Below, in pieces: positions 36,885 to 45,558 of a DNA stretch of 64,000 bases. Numbering within the stretch: the first letter of the stretch is position 1; the number at the start of each line of letters is the position of its first letter. The DNA is from Candidatus Caldarchaeum subterraneum (GTDB taxonomy: Archaea > Thermoproteota > Nitrososphaeria_A > Caldarchaeales > Caldarchaeaceae). The translations under genes and the position numbers were made by a program. Under the pieces are notes generated by a model. It did not search any database. It was not told the origin of the DNA and saw only the letters and a list, made by a program, of their open reading frames with translations. The stretch is from contig CALHAG010000023.1 in assembly GCA_937934305.1 (NCBI GenBank), positions 14,466 through 78,465 of the forward strand. Direction: 5' to 3'.

Positions 36885-37166
36885 CTACTCCTTCTCCTCG
36901 GCCGGGGCCTCGCCCTCAAGCCTCACTACAACCGTGTTCTCGTCCTCTTTTTCCAGAACAACACGTATCTTCCGCGGAGGGTTTTGACGACTATTCGCCC
37001 AGAGTATCTCGTTTACCTTAGGAGAAATCTTCACCGTGGAGGCTTTGCCATGTCTCATCGCATACTCTTTGACTAAACGGACCGCGGCATCGGTTCTCCT
37101 CAGCCTTGAGGCCTTCCAAGCATCACGCAACGAAATCACATGAACACGCCCAGAATCCTGACTCAT
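36885..37166 (-). CDS. rpl31e: Large-subunit ribosomal protein L31e
   Basis: 93 aa. The sequence VISLRDAWKASRLRRTDAAVRLVKEYAMRH...KISPKVNEILWANSRQNPPRKIRV is typical of L31e. Confidence 0.9.
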   Translation of the reverse strand: MSQDSGRVHVISLRDAWKASRLRRTDAAVRLVKEYAMRHGKASTVKISPKVNEILWANSRQNPPRKIRVVLEKEDENTVVVRLEGEAPAEEKE

Positions 37167-37242
37167 CCCACCAACTCCACAATAATCTAGATTTTAACCC
37201 TACTCCACATCCGCGGCAAAATGTATACTCCAACAAACCCAC

Positions 37243-37319
37243 TGGAGCCCTGGGAGGGCTTTGAACCCTCGACCTGCCGCTTACGAGGCGGCCGCTCTAC
37301 CGGGCTGAGCTACCAGGGC
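37243..37319 (-). tRNA. tRNA-Thr (anticodon CGU), CCA encoded, no intron
   Basis: The reverse complement folds by hand: GCCCTGG TA GCTC AGCCCGGTA GAGC G GCCGC CUCGUAA GCGGC AGGUC GAGGG UUCAAAG CCCUC CCAGGGC U CCA. All four stems are Watson-Crick, and the anticodon loop is C-U-CGU-A-A. Confidence 0.9.
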
Positions 37320-37347
37320 TTCTATTGGCTTTTTTGCTGTAGATTAT

Positions 37348-38583
37348 TTAAGGATGCGTTGTGTTTCTAAGGTCAGGCACCATGAATTCGTATAGCGATT
37401 TCTGCCGTGCAAAGTATTCTCGAGCGACATCTATAGCGCCGCGACGGAGAAGCATAGCTCTTTTGACTCGTGTTTTAGCGATTTCCTGCGCGATTTTTCT
37501 CGGGGTTAAGCTGTTTTGCTGGACGAGGGTTAGCACAAGCTTGACGTTCACACTAATCTTGTAGTTTATGAGGTCGAAAGCTTCTTTCTCTGTTCCACCC
37601 TTATACTCAACGTATGAGCCGATGACTCCGCCGGCGTTGACTATAAAGTCGGGAATGACCCAAACCCCGCTCTGAATCAAGATTTTTTCAGCCTCAGCTG
37701 TGGTGGGTATGTTGGCCGCCTCGATAACCAGCTTTGTTCCAGCTTTGATAAGCTTGGGAGCGGTCTCCGAGTTGATTGTGTCCGAGGATGCTGCGGGTAT
37801 GAAGACATCCGACTTCACATCGAAAATCTTCTCCTTAGGATATATCTCGTATCTTGAGAGTTTCTCTATCGACCCAGCCGTCTGCAGCTCTCTCATGATA
37901 AGAGGTATGTCGAGTCCTTCGGGGTTGTATATGCATCCCGAGATATCGGATATCGCGACTATTTTGTAGCCGAGTTCGTCGAGAAACTTTGCAGTGAAAG
38001 AGCCTACGTTTCCGAATCCTTGTATAGCGACTGTGGCTTCCCGTGGGTCTAGGCTTATGGAGCCGAACTTGTTGAGCATCTTCAGTGTAAGGTCTGTTGC
38101 TACTGCCACTCCATATCCTGTTGTTCCCAGTTCATGGGGTATTCCGCCCATTTCGCTGGGCTTACCGGTGCAGGCTCTGACGTCTCCGACCTCGTGGGCG
38201 AATACAGCCATGTCGAGCTCGGTGGTCCCCATGTCTGTTGCAGCTACATACTGTAGAGGCACGTAGGGCTTTATCGCTTTGGCGAAAGATTTCATCCAAG
38301 CCACTCTGTCCACCTTATTTGGGTCACCCATGATGCCTCCTTTTGCACCGCCGAAGGGAAGCCCCGCGAGGGCGCATTTCCAGGTCATCACACGGGCGAG
38401 GCGAAAAACTTCCACGGGGGTAACGGTTGGGGTGAACCTTATTCCGCCTTTTCCTGGCCCGATGGCGGTGTTGTCGATAACCAGAACACCTCTCATCCCA
38501 GTGTCGGGGTCATAGACGAAAACAACCTTCTCAGGCCCCCACTCATCAGCCAAACTCCAAACATCATAAACTGATAGACTCAT
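37348..38583 (-). CDS. Glu/Leu/Phe/Val dehydrogenase-family enzyme (divergent paralogue, specificity uncertain)
   Basis: 411 aa. Catalytic glycine-rich motif LPFGGAKGGIMGDP and Rossmann segment AIQGFGNVGS. The N-terminal region is shorter and more divergent than in the second paralogue at 59103..60356. Confidence 0.8.
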   Translation of the reverse strand: MSLSVYDVWSLADEWGPEKVVFVYDPDTGMRGVLVIDNTAIGPGKGGIRFTPTVTPVEVFRLARVMTWKCALAGLPFGGAKGGIMGDPNKVDRVAWMKSFAKAIKPYVPLQYVAATDMGTTELDMAVFAHEVGDVRACTGKPSEMGGIPHELGTTGYGVAVATDLTLKMLNKFGSISLDPREATVAIQGFGNVGSFTAKFLDELGYKIVAISDISGCIYNPEGLDIPLIMRELQTAGSIEKLSRYEIYPKEKIFDVKSDVFIPAASSDTINSETAPKLIKAGTKLVIEAANIPTTAEAEKILIQSGVWVIPDFIVNAGGVIGSYVEYKGGTEKEAFDLINYKISVNVKLVLTLVQQNSLTPRKIAQEIAKTRVKRAMLLRRGAIDVAREYFARQKSLYEFMVPDLRNTTHP

Positions 38584-38751
38584 TCAAAACACCACAAGTC
38601 ACAATTGCTGCACCAAACAAAAAAGGATATCTCCAATACAGGTCAGGTCTGAGGAGGAAAAGACGTCAAGCTGATGGATAAGCCTATGTCAAATCGACTT
38701 TTCGACGTTTTACGGAAAAGAATTTTACTGCTCAGAGATTTTATTTGGTAA

Positions 38752-39108
38752 ATGATAAAGGTCAAGCGTGTTTATGAGCCGCGGTCTCCCGAAGACGGCT
38801 GTAGGGTTCTCGTTGATAGGCTGTGGCCACGAGGGATGGGAAAAAATCGTGCGGCTGTTGATGTTTGGCTGAAAGAGGTCGCGCCGAGCAGTTCTCTCAG
38901 GAAATGGTTTGGCCACAAGCCGGAGAGATGGCAAGAGTTTAAGCGGCGCTTTTTCGCGGAGCTCAGCCGAAAGCCCGATGTGGTCAGGAAACTTCTTGAG
39001 CTTGAGGAAAAACACGGCACTGTGACGTTTCTCTACTCGGCGAAGGACACTGTCCACAACAACGCTACAGCTCTGAAGGAGTTCATAGAGCAGATGAAGA
39101 TGGGATGA
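38752..39108 (+). CDS. DUF488-family protein
   Basis: 118 aa. MIKVKRVYEPRSPEDGCRVLVDRLWPRGMGK...WLKEVAPS..LRKWF matches the DUF488 signature as I remember it. Confidence 0.7.
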   Translation: MIKVKRVYEPRSPEDGCRVLVDRLWPRGMGKNRAAVDVWLKEVAPSSSLRKWFGHKPERWQEFKRRFFAELSRKPDVVRKLLELEEKHGTVTFLYSAKDTVHNNATALKEFIEQMKMG

Positions 39109-39142
39109 CATACTTAAATCAAGCAGCGATGACGGTTATTGG

Positions 39143-39613
39143 ATGGAGTTTAAGGTTGTGGGCTACGTGCATGTGGATTTTGACGACGAGTACGTGAAGC
39201 AGAACGCGGGCGCCGTCCCTGGGCGTGTTGAGATACTGCCCGAGTATGAGGAGGCGCTGGACGGTGTGGAGAAATACACTCACATATTCATCATCGCGGT
39301 GTTTCACAAGTCGAAGCCAGAGTATCGCTCGTTGCTTAAGGTGAAGCCGAGGCGGCTGCTGAGGATGGGGTTGCGTGAGGATGAGCTTCCGACCTTGGGT
39401 GTTTTCTCGACGGACTCGCCTGTGAGACCCAACCCGATAGCACTGACGCTAGTGAAGCTTGTTAGACGTGAGAGGAATGTGTTGTTTGTGGAGGGTCTTG
39501 ACCTGTTTGACGGCACCCCCGTCATAGACATCAAGCCCTACCGACCCGATTATCGTGCAGAGAACTACGGCTATCCTGATTGGGTGAAGCTTGACGCAAG
39601 GGCCTCGATTTGA
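39143..39613 (+). CDS. TsaA/TrmO-like SAM-dependent tRNA methyltransferase (UPF0066 fold)
   Basis: 156 aa. RPNPIALTLVKLVRRERNVLFVEGLDLFDGTPVIDIKPY is the characteristic TrmO/TsaA beta-barrel C-terminal motif. Confidence 0.75.
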   Translation: MEFKVVGYVHVDFDDEYVKQNAGAVPGRVEILPEYEEALDGVEKYTHIFIIAVFHKSKPEYRSLLKVKPRRLLRMGLREDELPTLGVFSTDSPVRPNPIALTLVKLVRRERNVLFVEGLDLFDGTPVIDIKPYRPDYRAENYGYPDWVKLDARASI

Positions 39614-39771
39614 CCAGCATAGAGGATGAATACACCTGTCCAAAATGTGGCTACCGGTTAACCATCCCCACCAAGCCGAGTGACTCGCATGTTAGAAAGG
39701 TTTGGAGCCTGTATTGTCCACGATGCGGCCACAGCTGGTACGTCAAGACACCTCTGGAGGACATCATCTAG
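39610..39771 (+). CDS. Small zinc-ribbon protein (53 aa), not in the ORF track
   Basis: My translation from TTG 39610: (M)TSIEDEYTCPKCGYRLTIPTKPSDSHVRKVWSLYCPRCGHSWYVKTPLEDII, with two CPxCG knuckles. The TTG overlaps the TGA of the TrmO-like gene (TTTGA), the same arrangement seen at 1272 and 50101. Confidence 0.45.
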   Translation: MTSIEDEYTCPKCGYRLTIPTKPSDSHVRKVWSLYCPRCGHSWYVKTPLEDII

Positions 39772-40210
39772 ACAGGAGAAAGACGGCTGCCACCGCTAAC
39801 CCTATGCCCACCACCTTAGTTAGTGTGATTGACTCGTTGAGGAAAAAGAGGCTGAGCAGTGTCGCTAGAGCAAGGCCCAGTCTTGAGATGGGGATTACGA
39901 GGCTCCCTTCACCGATTGAGAGGCCTGTTAGCATGGCGACGAGTGCTACTGTTATGGTTACGCCGGATAGGAGGGCGTAGGGGATTGCCCCCGAGAAGCT
40001 CAGCGTCAGTTTCCCGCTGTAAACCACTGCCACGATTGGGAGAAGCGTCAGCAGAACAACCGTCTCAACGAGTAAGTAGCTAAAAGAGTTTGCACCAGCG
40101 GCCGCGCCTTTTTTACGGAAAAAATCGGTTAAACCCAGGCAGAGAAAAGCAATCAGCGCAAACAAAACCTCCATCCTGATGGCAGAAACCATGTCGTCTA
40201 TAACATGCAC
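39764..40210 (-). CDS. EamA/DMT-superfamily small membrane transporter (single EamA domain)
   Basis: 148 aa with about 5 TM helices. DFFRKKG near the N-terminus and a C-terminal GIGLAVAAVFLL segment are typical of EamA repeats. Confidence 0.6.
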   Translation of the reverse strand: MHVIDDMVSAIRMEVLFALIAFLCLGLTDFFRKKGAAAGANSFSYLLVETVVLLTLLPIVAVVYSGKLTLSFSGAIPYALLSGVTITVALVAMLTGLSIGEGSLVIPISRLGLALATLLSLFFLNESITLTKVVGIGLAVAAVFLLSR

Positions 40211-40243
40211 CTGCTTAAATCTATGTAGCTGGATGATGCCCCG

Positions 40244-41479
40244 TCATTGTATATCTAGTTTCTGCTGTTTTCTGAGAAGCGGTATGAGGCTACTCTGCTT
40301 GAGGTAGACGTGTAATGGAATAGAGAGATGTGGCTCGATGTGTGCGAGCGCCTCGTCCAGCGACTGAAAACGTTCGGTTCGCTGTTCCAAAGCCTTTTTT
40401 ACGATTTCGCGGAAACGCCAAACACCCAGCGGAACCCATCCAGGCTTAATCTCGAAAAACACTATCGCCCCACTTTGTTCACGTCTCTCAGCCAGGTGTT
40501 TCAACAGGGAGAAGCGGACGGCGTAATATGCTCCGCCGGTGTTTTCTGCGTAGGTTTTTCTCGGCCTAAGTATTTCATGGTCGCTGTAAGGCGGCTTATC
40601 CATGTAACGGAGCCAGCCCTCGAGAAGCTCATACATCCACGGCGTCGGCGTCAGAACCACTGTGGCGGCGTTTTCCACAGCCGAGTAGCTGGTGACACGA
40701 TACTCGTTTATGATGCTGTATTGCCTGACTTGTTTGTATAACTGTTTCGAGAGTATGTCGTCGACGGCTGTGATGCTCCACTCGGTTGGCACAAGTTTCC
40801 TCTGTCTCGCAGTTCCGAGCAGACCAGCTGAGAAAAGTCGTGTGAGATAGTATTCGTCATGCCCGGCTTTGTAGAGACTCGTCAAGGTCTCCTCGGCTTT
40901 GACGTATGGGTCGTTCAGGTAGCTATCCACTTTCCGAGGTATGGAGACGTTCCCCATGAGTTTCACTTTTTCAACCCGAGCCGATGGCCCATAGGGGGCC
41001 GTGCGTATGCTGAAGCCGGGCAAGGTCTTCACCGAGCCTGCCGTGGTTATCTCGAAGTCGACTGGTTTGACCGATGCCGCCGACTCCTGCAGAGTCGTCA
41101 AGAGATCTCTTCTGTTTATAGGTGTTTTAACATGGGTGGTGGTTAGGCCGAGGAGAAGTGAGAGACGTAGCCTCAACAGCTCGTTGACCGAGAAATCGAG
41201 CCATTTGTTGGGCGACTCCAGAAGCGCTGGGTTTATGTCGTCGGCGTAGACCAAGGCTGAACCGAGAGCGACACGAGGATATCCTTTTTCCCCAACCAAG
41301 AATGTTGGCGGAGATGGTCCGCTCAACTGCCTGCCGCTGAGCTTCTCTGCTAATGTTTCCCTGAATAAGTCTCTGTAGAGAGGACATGTGCCTAGTTTAC
41401 AGAGCCGTGCTATTCCGTGGCAGACGATGCAGACGTTTTCTTCATTTGTCTCGGAGAATGCGTATAGATTTTTCATCAA
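40244..41479 (-). CDS. nreA: NreA-family archaeal DNA repair protein
   Basis: 411 aa. N-terminal Cys cluster CIVCHGIARLCKLGTCPLY followed by the long Nre N- and C-domains (PTFLVGEKGYPRV..., PTEWSITAVDD...). Confidence 0.7.
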   Translation of the reverse strand: MMKNLYAFSETNEENVCIVCHGIARLCKLGTCPLYRDLFRETLAEKLSGRQLSGPSPPTFLVGEKGYPRVALGSALVYADDINPALLESPNKWLDFSVNELLRLRLSLLLGLTTTHVKTPINRRDLLTTLQESAASVKPVDFEITTAGSVKTLPGFSIRTAPYGPSARVEKVKLMGNVSIPRKVDSYLNDPYVKAEETLTSLYKAGHDEYYLTRLFSAGLLGTARQRKLVPTEWSITAVDDILSKQLYKQVRQYSIINEYRVTSYSAVENAATVVLTPTPWMYELLEGWLRYMDKPPYSDHEILRPRKTYAENTGGAYYAVRFSLLKHLAERREQSGAIVFFEIKPGWVPLGVWRFREIVKKALEQRTERFQSLDEALAHIEPHLSIPLHVYLKQSSLIPLLRKQQKLDIQ

Positions 41480-42987
41480 GATTCGGGGCCCTGTTTGGGT
41501 ATCACCTCAACCTCCAGCCCCATGTGCTTAGCCATCCGCAGCACCTTGTTCTGACACTTCTTGAAATAGGTTCTCATTTCACCGGGGCCGATGGCGACGA
41601 CAACCCTATCACCTATTCTGTCCACGCTGAAGTCCGTGAGATGCTTACCAATAATCCGCCGCATGACAGCTAGCTCGCCTCCACGCTCCTCCGATGCCTT
41701 TACAGGTACAAAGAAAACCCGCTCACCGAAGACATAAAGCTCGTACACGGGTTCGTCGTTTAGGAAATCCTTGACGACTACCGTCGGTCTCGCCAAGTCT
41801 GCTCTCTTGAGTCCCGCCGGCACCTTGACCACCACCTCGAGTGTGTGTATGCTCGCCACACGGCCTTTGTCCATGAAGATGAGAGTGTCCACTATCGAGG
41901 GAAGTATTCCTATGTCTACTCTGTTAGCTATTCTGTGGAGGGCGTCGATAGGTGTACTTGCGTGGATTACACCTATCATGCCGATGCCCGCGTACCTGAG
42001 GTCTATGTACATCTCGAAGTCTCGTGCTTCACGCATTTCGTCGAAAACCGTATAGTCTGGCCTGCTGAGAAGCAAAACGCTATGTATCTCTCCGTCTTTC
42101 GCCGCGCTTTTGGAGTATTGTGTGATGTCGGGTGGAAGGTTCAGGTCCCGGGGGCTTTCAACTGTCTTCACAACCTTCCGCATGTTGCGATAGTATTCGG
42201 CAAGAGCTTGTGCAAAGGTTGACTTACCCATTCCAGGTGGCCCGGCTATGAGGATGCCCTCGGCCCGTTTCTCCAGCCTCTCTAGAACCTTTGGAGGAAG
42301 CCTGTAATCATCGAGCCGCACCCTCAAAACAGGTTTGACGACAGTCATCTCCATTCCATCCGAGAGAGGCGGCCGAGTAATCACAATACGGAACTGGCCA
42401 AGCTGGAGAATCGTCAGCTCAGGTTTGTCTATTTCTACGAACGCCTCTGTGCCGAAGACGTCAAAAGCTGTTTTCATGATGGTGGAGACAAGAGCCTCAA
42501 TCTCGGTCCTCGACATAGGTTTTTCTCTGATGGGTTCGAAGACCCAGCGCCCTGGATGGCCGCGCTTTATTCTCGGCTCAAGCCCTTCCTTGACATGTAG
42601 GCTCATCACGTCGCCTGAGAACACCGACTCGAGCTGCAGAGGCGGCTCGGGAACTGTGTAACGGTAGGGAATACCCATAGACTCTGCGACCCTGGCCACA
42701 AGAGGGTCGGCGGTCAACAGCGTTTCACGGTTGCTCCTACAGTATTCGAGCACGGCTTCGCGCCACCCGGCTCCACCAGCCTCGCCAACAAACTCCACTT
42801 GCTCCCCGCGTGAAGCCATCAGATTCCTCAACCCATCCATGGCGGCCAAGTCGCCTGAAAACGCCCTCTCCTGCAGATGCTTCAACAGCGCCCGATGCAC
42901 AAGAACCCTTCCGCCATGCTCTACAAACTCTCCAGCAACCCCTAGACGCAACGCAGACTCGTCTACAACAACCCTCAAACCACTCAT
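41476..42987 (-). CDS. PIN-domain / PilT-like ATPase / KH-domain protein (COG1855-type)
   Basis: 503 aa. N-terminal PIN-like VVVDESAL...LLTADP. Walker A IAGPPGMGKST, Walker B-like TVFDEMR, and a C-terminal KH-like segment. Overlaps the nreA start by 4 nt. Confidence 0.75.
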   Translation of the reverse strand: MSGLRVVVDESALRLGVAGEFVEHGGRVLVHRALLKHLQERAFSGDLAAMDGLRNLMASRGEQVEFVGEAGGAGWREAVLEYCRSNRETLLTADPLVARVAESMGIPYRYTVPEPPLQLESVFSGDVMSLHVKEGLEPRIKRGHPGRWVFEPIREKPMSRTEIEALVSTIMKTAFDVFGTEAFVEIDKPELTILQLGQFRIVITRPPLSDGMEMTVVKPVLRVRLDDYRLPPKVLERLEKRAEGILIAGPPGMGKSTFAQALAEYYRNMRKVVKTVESPRDLNLPPDITQYSKSAAKDGEIHSVLLLSRPDYTVFDEMREARDFEMYIDLRYAGIGMIGVIHASTPIDALHRIANRVDIGILPSIVDTLIFMDKGRVASIHTLEVVVKVPAGLKRADLARPTVVVKDFLNDEPVYELYVFGERVFFVPVKASEERGGELAVMRRIIGKHLTDFSVDRIGDRVVVAIGPGEMRTYFKKCQNKVLRMAKHMGLEVEVIPKQGPES

Positions 42988-43053
42988 ACCTAACCAGTAT
43001 ACCTGAAAACACTCCGAAAAACCGGTTAATAGGTTTATGACATTATGGGGACA

Positions 43054-43138
43054 TGCGGGGGGTGGGATTTGAACCCACGAACCCCTTCGGGACAGGGGCC
43101 TGAACCCTGCGCCGTTGACCAGGCTTGGCGACCCCCGC
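43054..43138 (-). tRNA. tRNA-Leu (anticodon CAG), long variable arm, no encoded CCA, no intron
   Basis: Reverse complement: GCGGGGG UC GCC AAGCCUGGUCAAC GGC G CAGGG UUCAGGC CCCUG U-CCCGAAGGGGUUC GUGGG UUCAAAU CCCAC CCCCCGC A. The stems pair perfectly, and the loop U-U-CAG-G-C gives anticodon CAG. Confidence 0.9.
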
Positions 43139-43206
43139 TGAAAAAACTTTACAGAAGCAGGCTTTAGGCTTTTATCCTCGGCTGAAACGGTATCCGTGGA
43201 AAAAAA

Positions 43207-44364
43207 TTGTCCGAGACTGTTTCAAGCCTTGGTTATGTGAACAAAATTTATCGGAACGTCAGCGCCGTTGATTTGGACAGCCTCGAGAGACTTTTGCACG
43301 ACATCCAGTCGGCGGGAGTGATTATTCCGCTGGGTGAAGGCCGTTCTAAAGGCGCGTTGAGCATCGCTGTGAGCGAGATGGCGAAGATGAGGGATGGGAA
43401 AATAGTCATCGACCGCGGAGACGTTGGTTTTCCGGGGAGAGAGATTTCGGAGGCCGCTCCAATTCTTAAGCAGAGGTTTGGCCGTGTCTGTCTACTGATA
43501 AACTCTGGCTCAGGCCGCAGCATAACACCCCTCGTCGACGCCCAGAACCTCGCATCATACATAGGCAAAACAGGTGCCCACAGAGACTACACAATAGACC
43601 TTGTGACCTCAGACCTTCAGTCACCGCTCGCAAAAATAGCCAGCAAATATGGAAACGTTCTCCATCTCATGGGGCGTGAGGAGGTTGCGGAGGCTGAGGA
43701 GGCTAAGGTTTTCCGCGATGTGGGAATAATGGAGGACACGTTCATACTTGGAAGCGGCGTCCTTTTCCACGCCATCGCCGAAGCACTCTATGACAAAGCC
43801 CTGCCGAGCAAAGCTCATGAATACGCGAAGGAGATATGTCTCGAGGCCGGGAAAGTTGTTGAGAAAAGTCTCACATCAGAGTTCTACGAGTTTGTGACAC
43901 GTAAGCTGGAGACAAGGAGCCTCTGCTTCTTCGGAGGGCTTGGAAGCAGCTATGAGGTGGCGAGGATGACGGCTGTAAGAGTGAGCCACATCAAGAGAGC
44001 CATTGGAGACCAGGTTTATGTCGCCCGCGAATCCAGCACACCTGCTCCTCGGCAAGGCGACCTACTCATAGTCATCTCAAGCAGCGGCGAAACAGAGATA
44101 GTTTCGACATGGTGTAAAAGCTTCAAGCGGATGGGTGGACAGATAGCTGCTGTCGTCGGCAACGCTGACAGCACCATCGCATCTATGGCCGACAGCGTTT
44201 TAGAAATCCCTGTCAAAAACGAGCCGGGGCGTCCGAACAGGTTTTACGTCTACGCAGAGTTCGCGCTCAGCCCGCTGCCTATACTGCTTGTCGAGAGCCT
44301 CGAGGCCAAGGGATTCAAGCTGCCTGAATACATTCTTAGATGGCATCAGAGCGTTACGGCTTAG
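43207..44364 (+). CDS. Tandem SIS-domain protein (sugar-phosphate isomerase/binding, PHI-like)
   Basis: 385 aa with a TTG start. Two SIS-like units: GEGRSKGALSIA...CLLINSGSGRSITP and GLGSSYEVARMTA...DLLIVISSSGETEIV...VVGNADSTIASMADSVLEIP. Confidence 0.65.
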   Translation: MSETVSSLGYVNKIYRNVSAVDLDSLERLLHDIQSAGVIIPLGEGRSKGALSIAVSEMAKMRDGKIVIDRGDVGFPGREISEAAPILKQRFGRVCLLINSGSGRSITPLVDAQNLASYIGKTGAHRDYTIDLVTSDLQSPLAKIASKYGNVLHLMGREEVAEAEEAKVFRDVGIMEDTFILGSGVLFHAIAEALYDKALPSKAHEYAKEICLEAGKVVEKSLTSEFYEFVTRKLETRSLCFFGGLGSSYEVARMTAVRVSHIKRAIGDQVYVARESSTPAPRQGDLLIVISSSGETEIVSTWCKSFKRMGGQIAAVVGNADSTIASMADSVLEIPVKNEPGRPNRFYVYAEFALSPLPILLVESLEAKGFKLPEYILRWHQSVTA

Positions 44365-45447
44365 CTACTCCAGCACAGGCCTAATAGGTCTTCCAAGCTG
44401 CTCATAGAATTCGCGCATCCACGGTAGGATGTCGCGGCCAAGCAGGTTGAGGAATTTTTCTTCGTTCGGGGAAGCGCTGTGTATGTAGACACGGTCGAAG
44501 CCTAGTTTGAGGAGATGGGAGAGCGCTTTGAAGATGTCGTCCACATCGGTTGTGATGAGCCATGTCTCCTTGATTTTCCTTTTTTCATCCTCACCAACCA
44601 TGGCCTCCAAAACCCTTGGGTCAGAGATTTTCTCCCTTTTCTCACGAGGTATCGCTGTGGGCGCCCAGAACAAAGCAGCCTCATAGGCTCTATCATAGTC
44701 ATGGTCGTAGGAGACCTTGAACTCGAGACATTTACTCAGCTTCGAGGGTTCTTTACCAGCTTTCCTCGCACCCCTCTCCAACGCAGTTATAATCTCCATG
44801 TACTTATCCATTCCACGGGGGTTTGTCAGTATGCCGTCGCAAAGCTCTCCAGCTATCTCTGCGACTGTGGCGTTGGATGTGGCGACATATATCGGGATTT
44901 TGGTGAGCGGCTTTGTGTAGAGCTTGGCTGACCTGAGCTGGTAATATTTCCCCTCGTAGTCAACGAAGTCGCCTTTCCACAGTAGCTGAATTATCTCGAT
45001 TGCCTCCCGCAGTCTCTCGACCTTTTCTCTGTAGCCGGGCCATTTGAAGCCGAGTGGTGTCTCGTTCATCGCGTGGCCTGTTCCCACTGTGATGAATATG
45101 CGGCCTGGGTATAGGTAGTCGAGTGTGGCGAAGGCCTGTGCAACTATGGCGGGATGGTAGCGGAAGAAGGGCGTGGTCACTGCTGTTCCTAGCTCAACTT
45201 TCTTGGTGTGCTCCGCGACAGCCGCCAGCACAATCCACGGAAACCCGGCTTGGCCACCTGTGTCGCTCCATGGATGAAAATGGTCGCTCAAGGCAATTAT
45301 GTCGAAGCCAACAGCTTCCGCGTGAATGGAGTGGGCCACGATTCTCGCTGGGTCATACTGCTCAAGACCAGCCCAGTAACCGAGCCGCAAAACACCGTTC
45401 AAAGCCAACATACCAACGCGGAGTCTCATTATAAAAGTATGGCCCAT
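44365..45447 (-). CDS. LLM-class F420-dependent oxidoreductase, glucose-6-phosphate dehydrogenase-related family
   Basis: Motifs LGYWAGLEQYDP, SDHFHPW, TAVTTPFFRYHPAIVAQAFATLDYLYPGRIF and GTGHAMNE closely follow the F420-G6PD-family consensus as I recall it. The true start may be an internal Met (MRLRVG or MLALNG). Confidence 0.75.
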   Translation of the reverse strand: MGHTFIMRLRVGMLALNGVLRLGYWAGLEQYDPARIVAHSIHAEAVGFDIIALSDHFHPWSDTGGQAGFPWIVLAAVAEHTKKVELGTAVTTPFFRYHPAIVAQAFATLDYLYPGRIFITVGTGHAMNETPLGFKWPGYREKVERLREAIEIIQLLWKGDFVDYEGKYYQLRSAKLYTKPLTKIPIYVATSNATVAEIAGELCDGILTNPRGMDKYMEIITALERGARKAGKEPSKLSKCLEFKVSYDHDYDRAYEAALFWAPTAIPREKREKISDPRVLEAMVGEDEKRKIKETWLITTDVDDIFKALSHLLKLGFDRVYIHSASPNEEKFLNLLGRDILPWMREFYEQLGRPIRPVLE

Positions 45448-45558
45448 CTTCCGTCATGCGTCCCCAAGGTTAAACCGCCTAGGAGTGGCTGCTGGATGGA
45501 AACTGGCCATATACAATGGTTAAAGCTAATAGAATGTTCATGACCATAGGGTTCGCTG

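Noticed and set aside
38584-38751. 168-nt spacer between the GDH-family gene and the DUF488 gene, scanned for an ncRNA or small ORF because it contains CTGA and TGATGG strings.
   Set aside because: The box-like strings are in the wrong order and spacing for a C/D sRNA. There is no convincing stem and no open frame. It is most simply a divergent promoter region with A/T-rich blocks.
43007-43206. tRNA-Leu as a possible integration site for a mobile element. The same question applies to tRNA-Thr at 37243..37319.
   Set aside because: No integrase gene lies nearby. No duplicated tRNA 3' half or direct repeat is visible in the flanks. The neighbouring genes are conserved housekeeping or metabolic genes.
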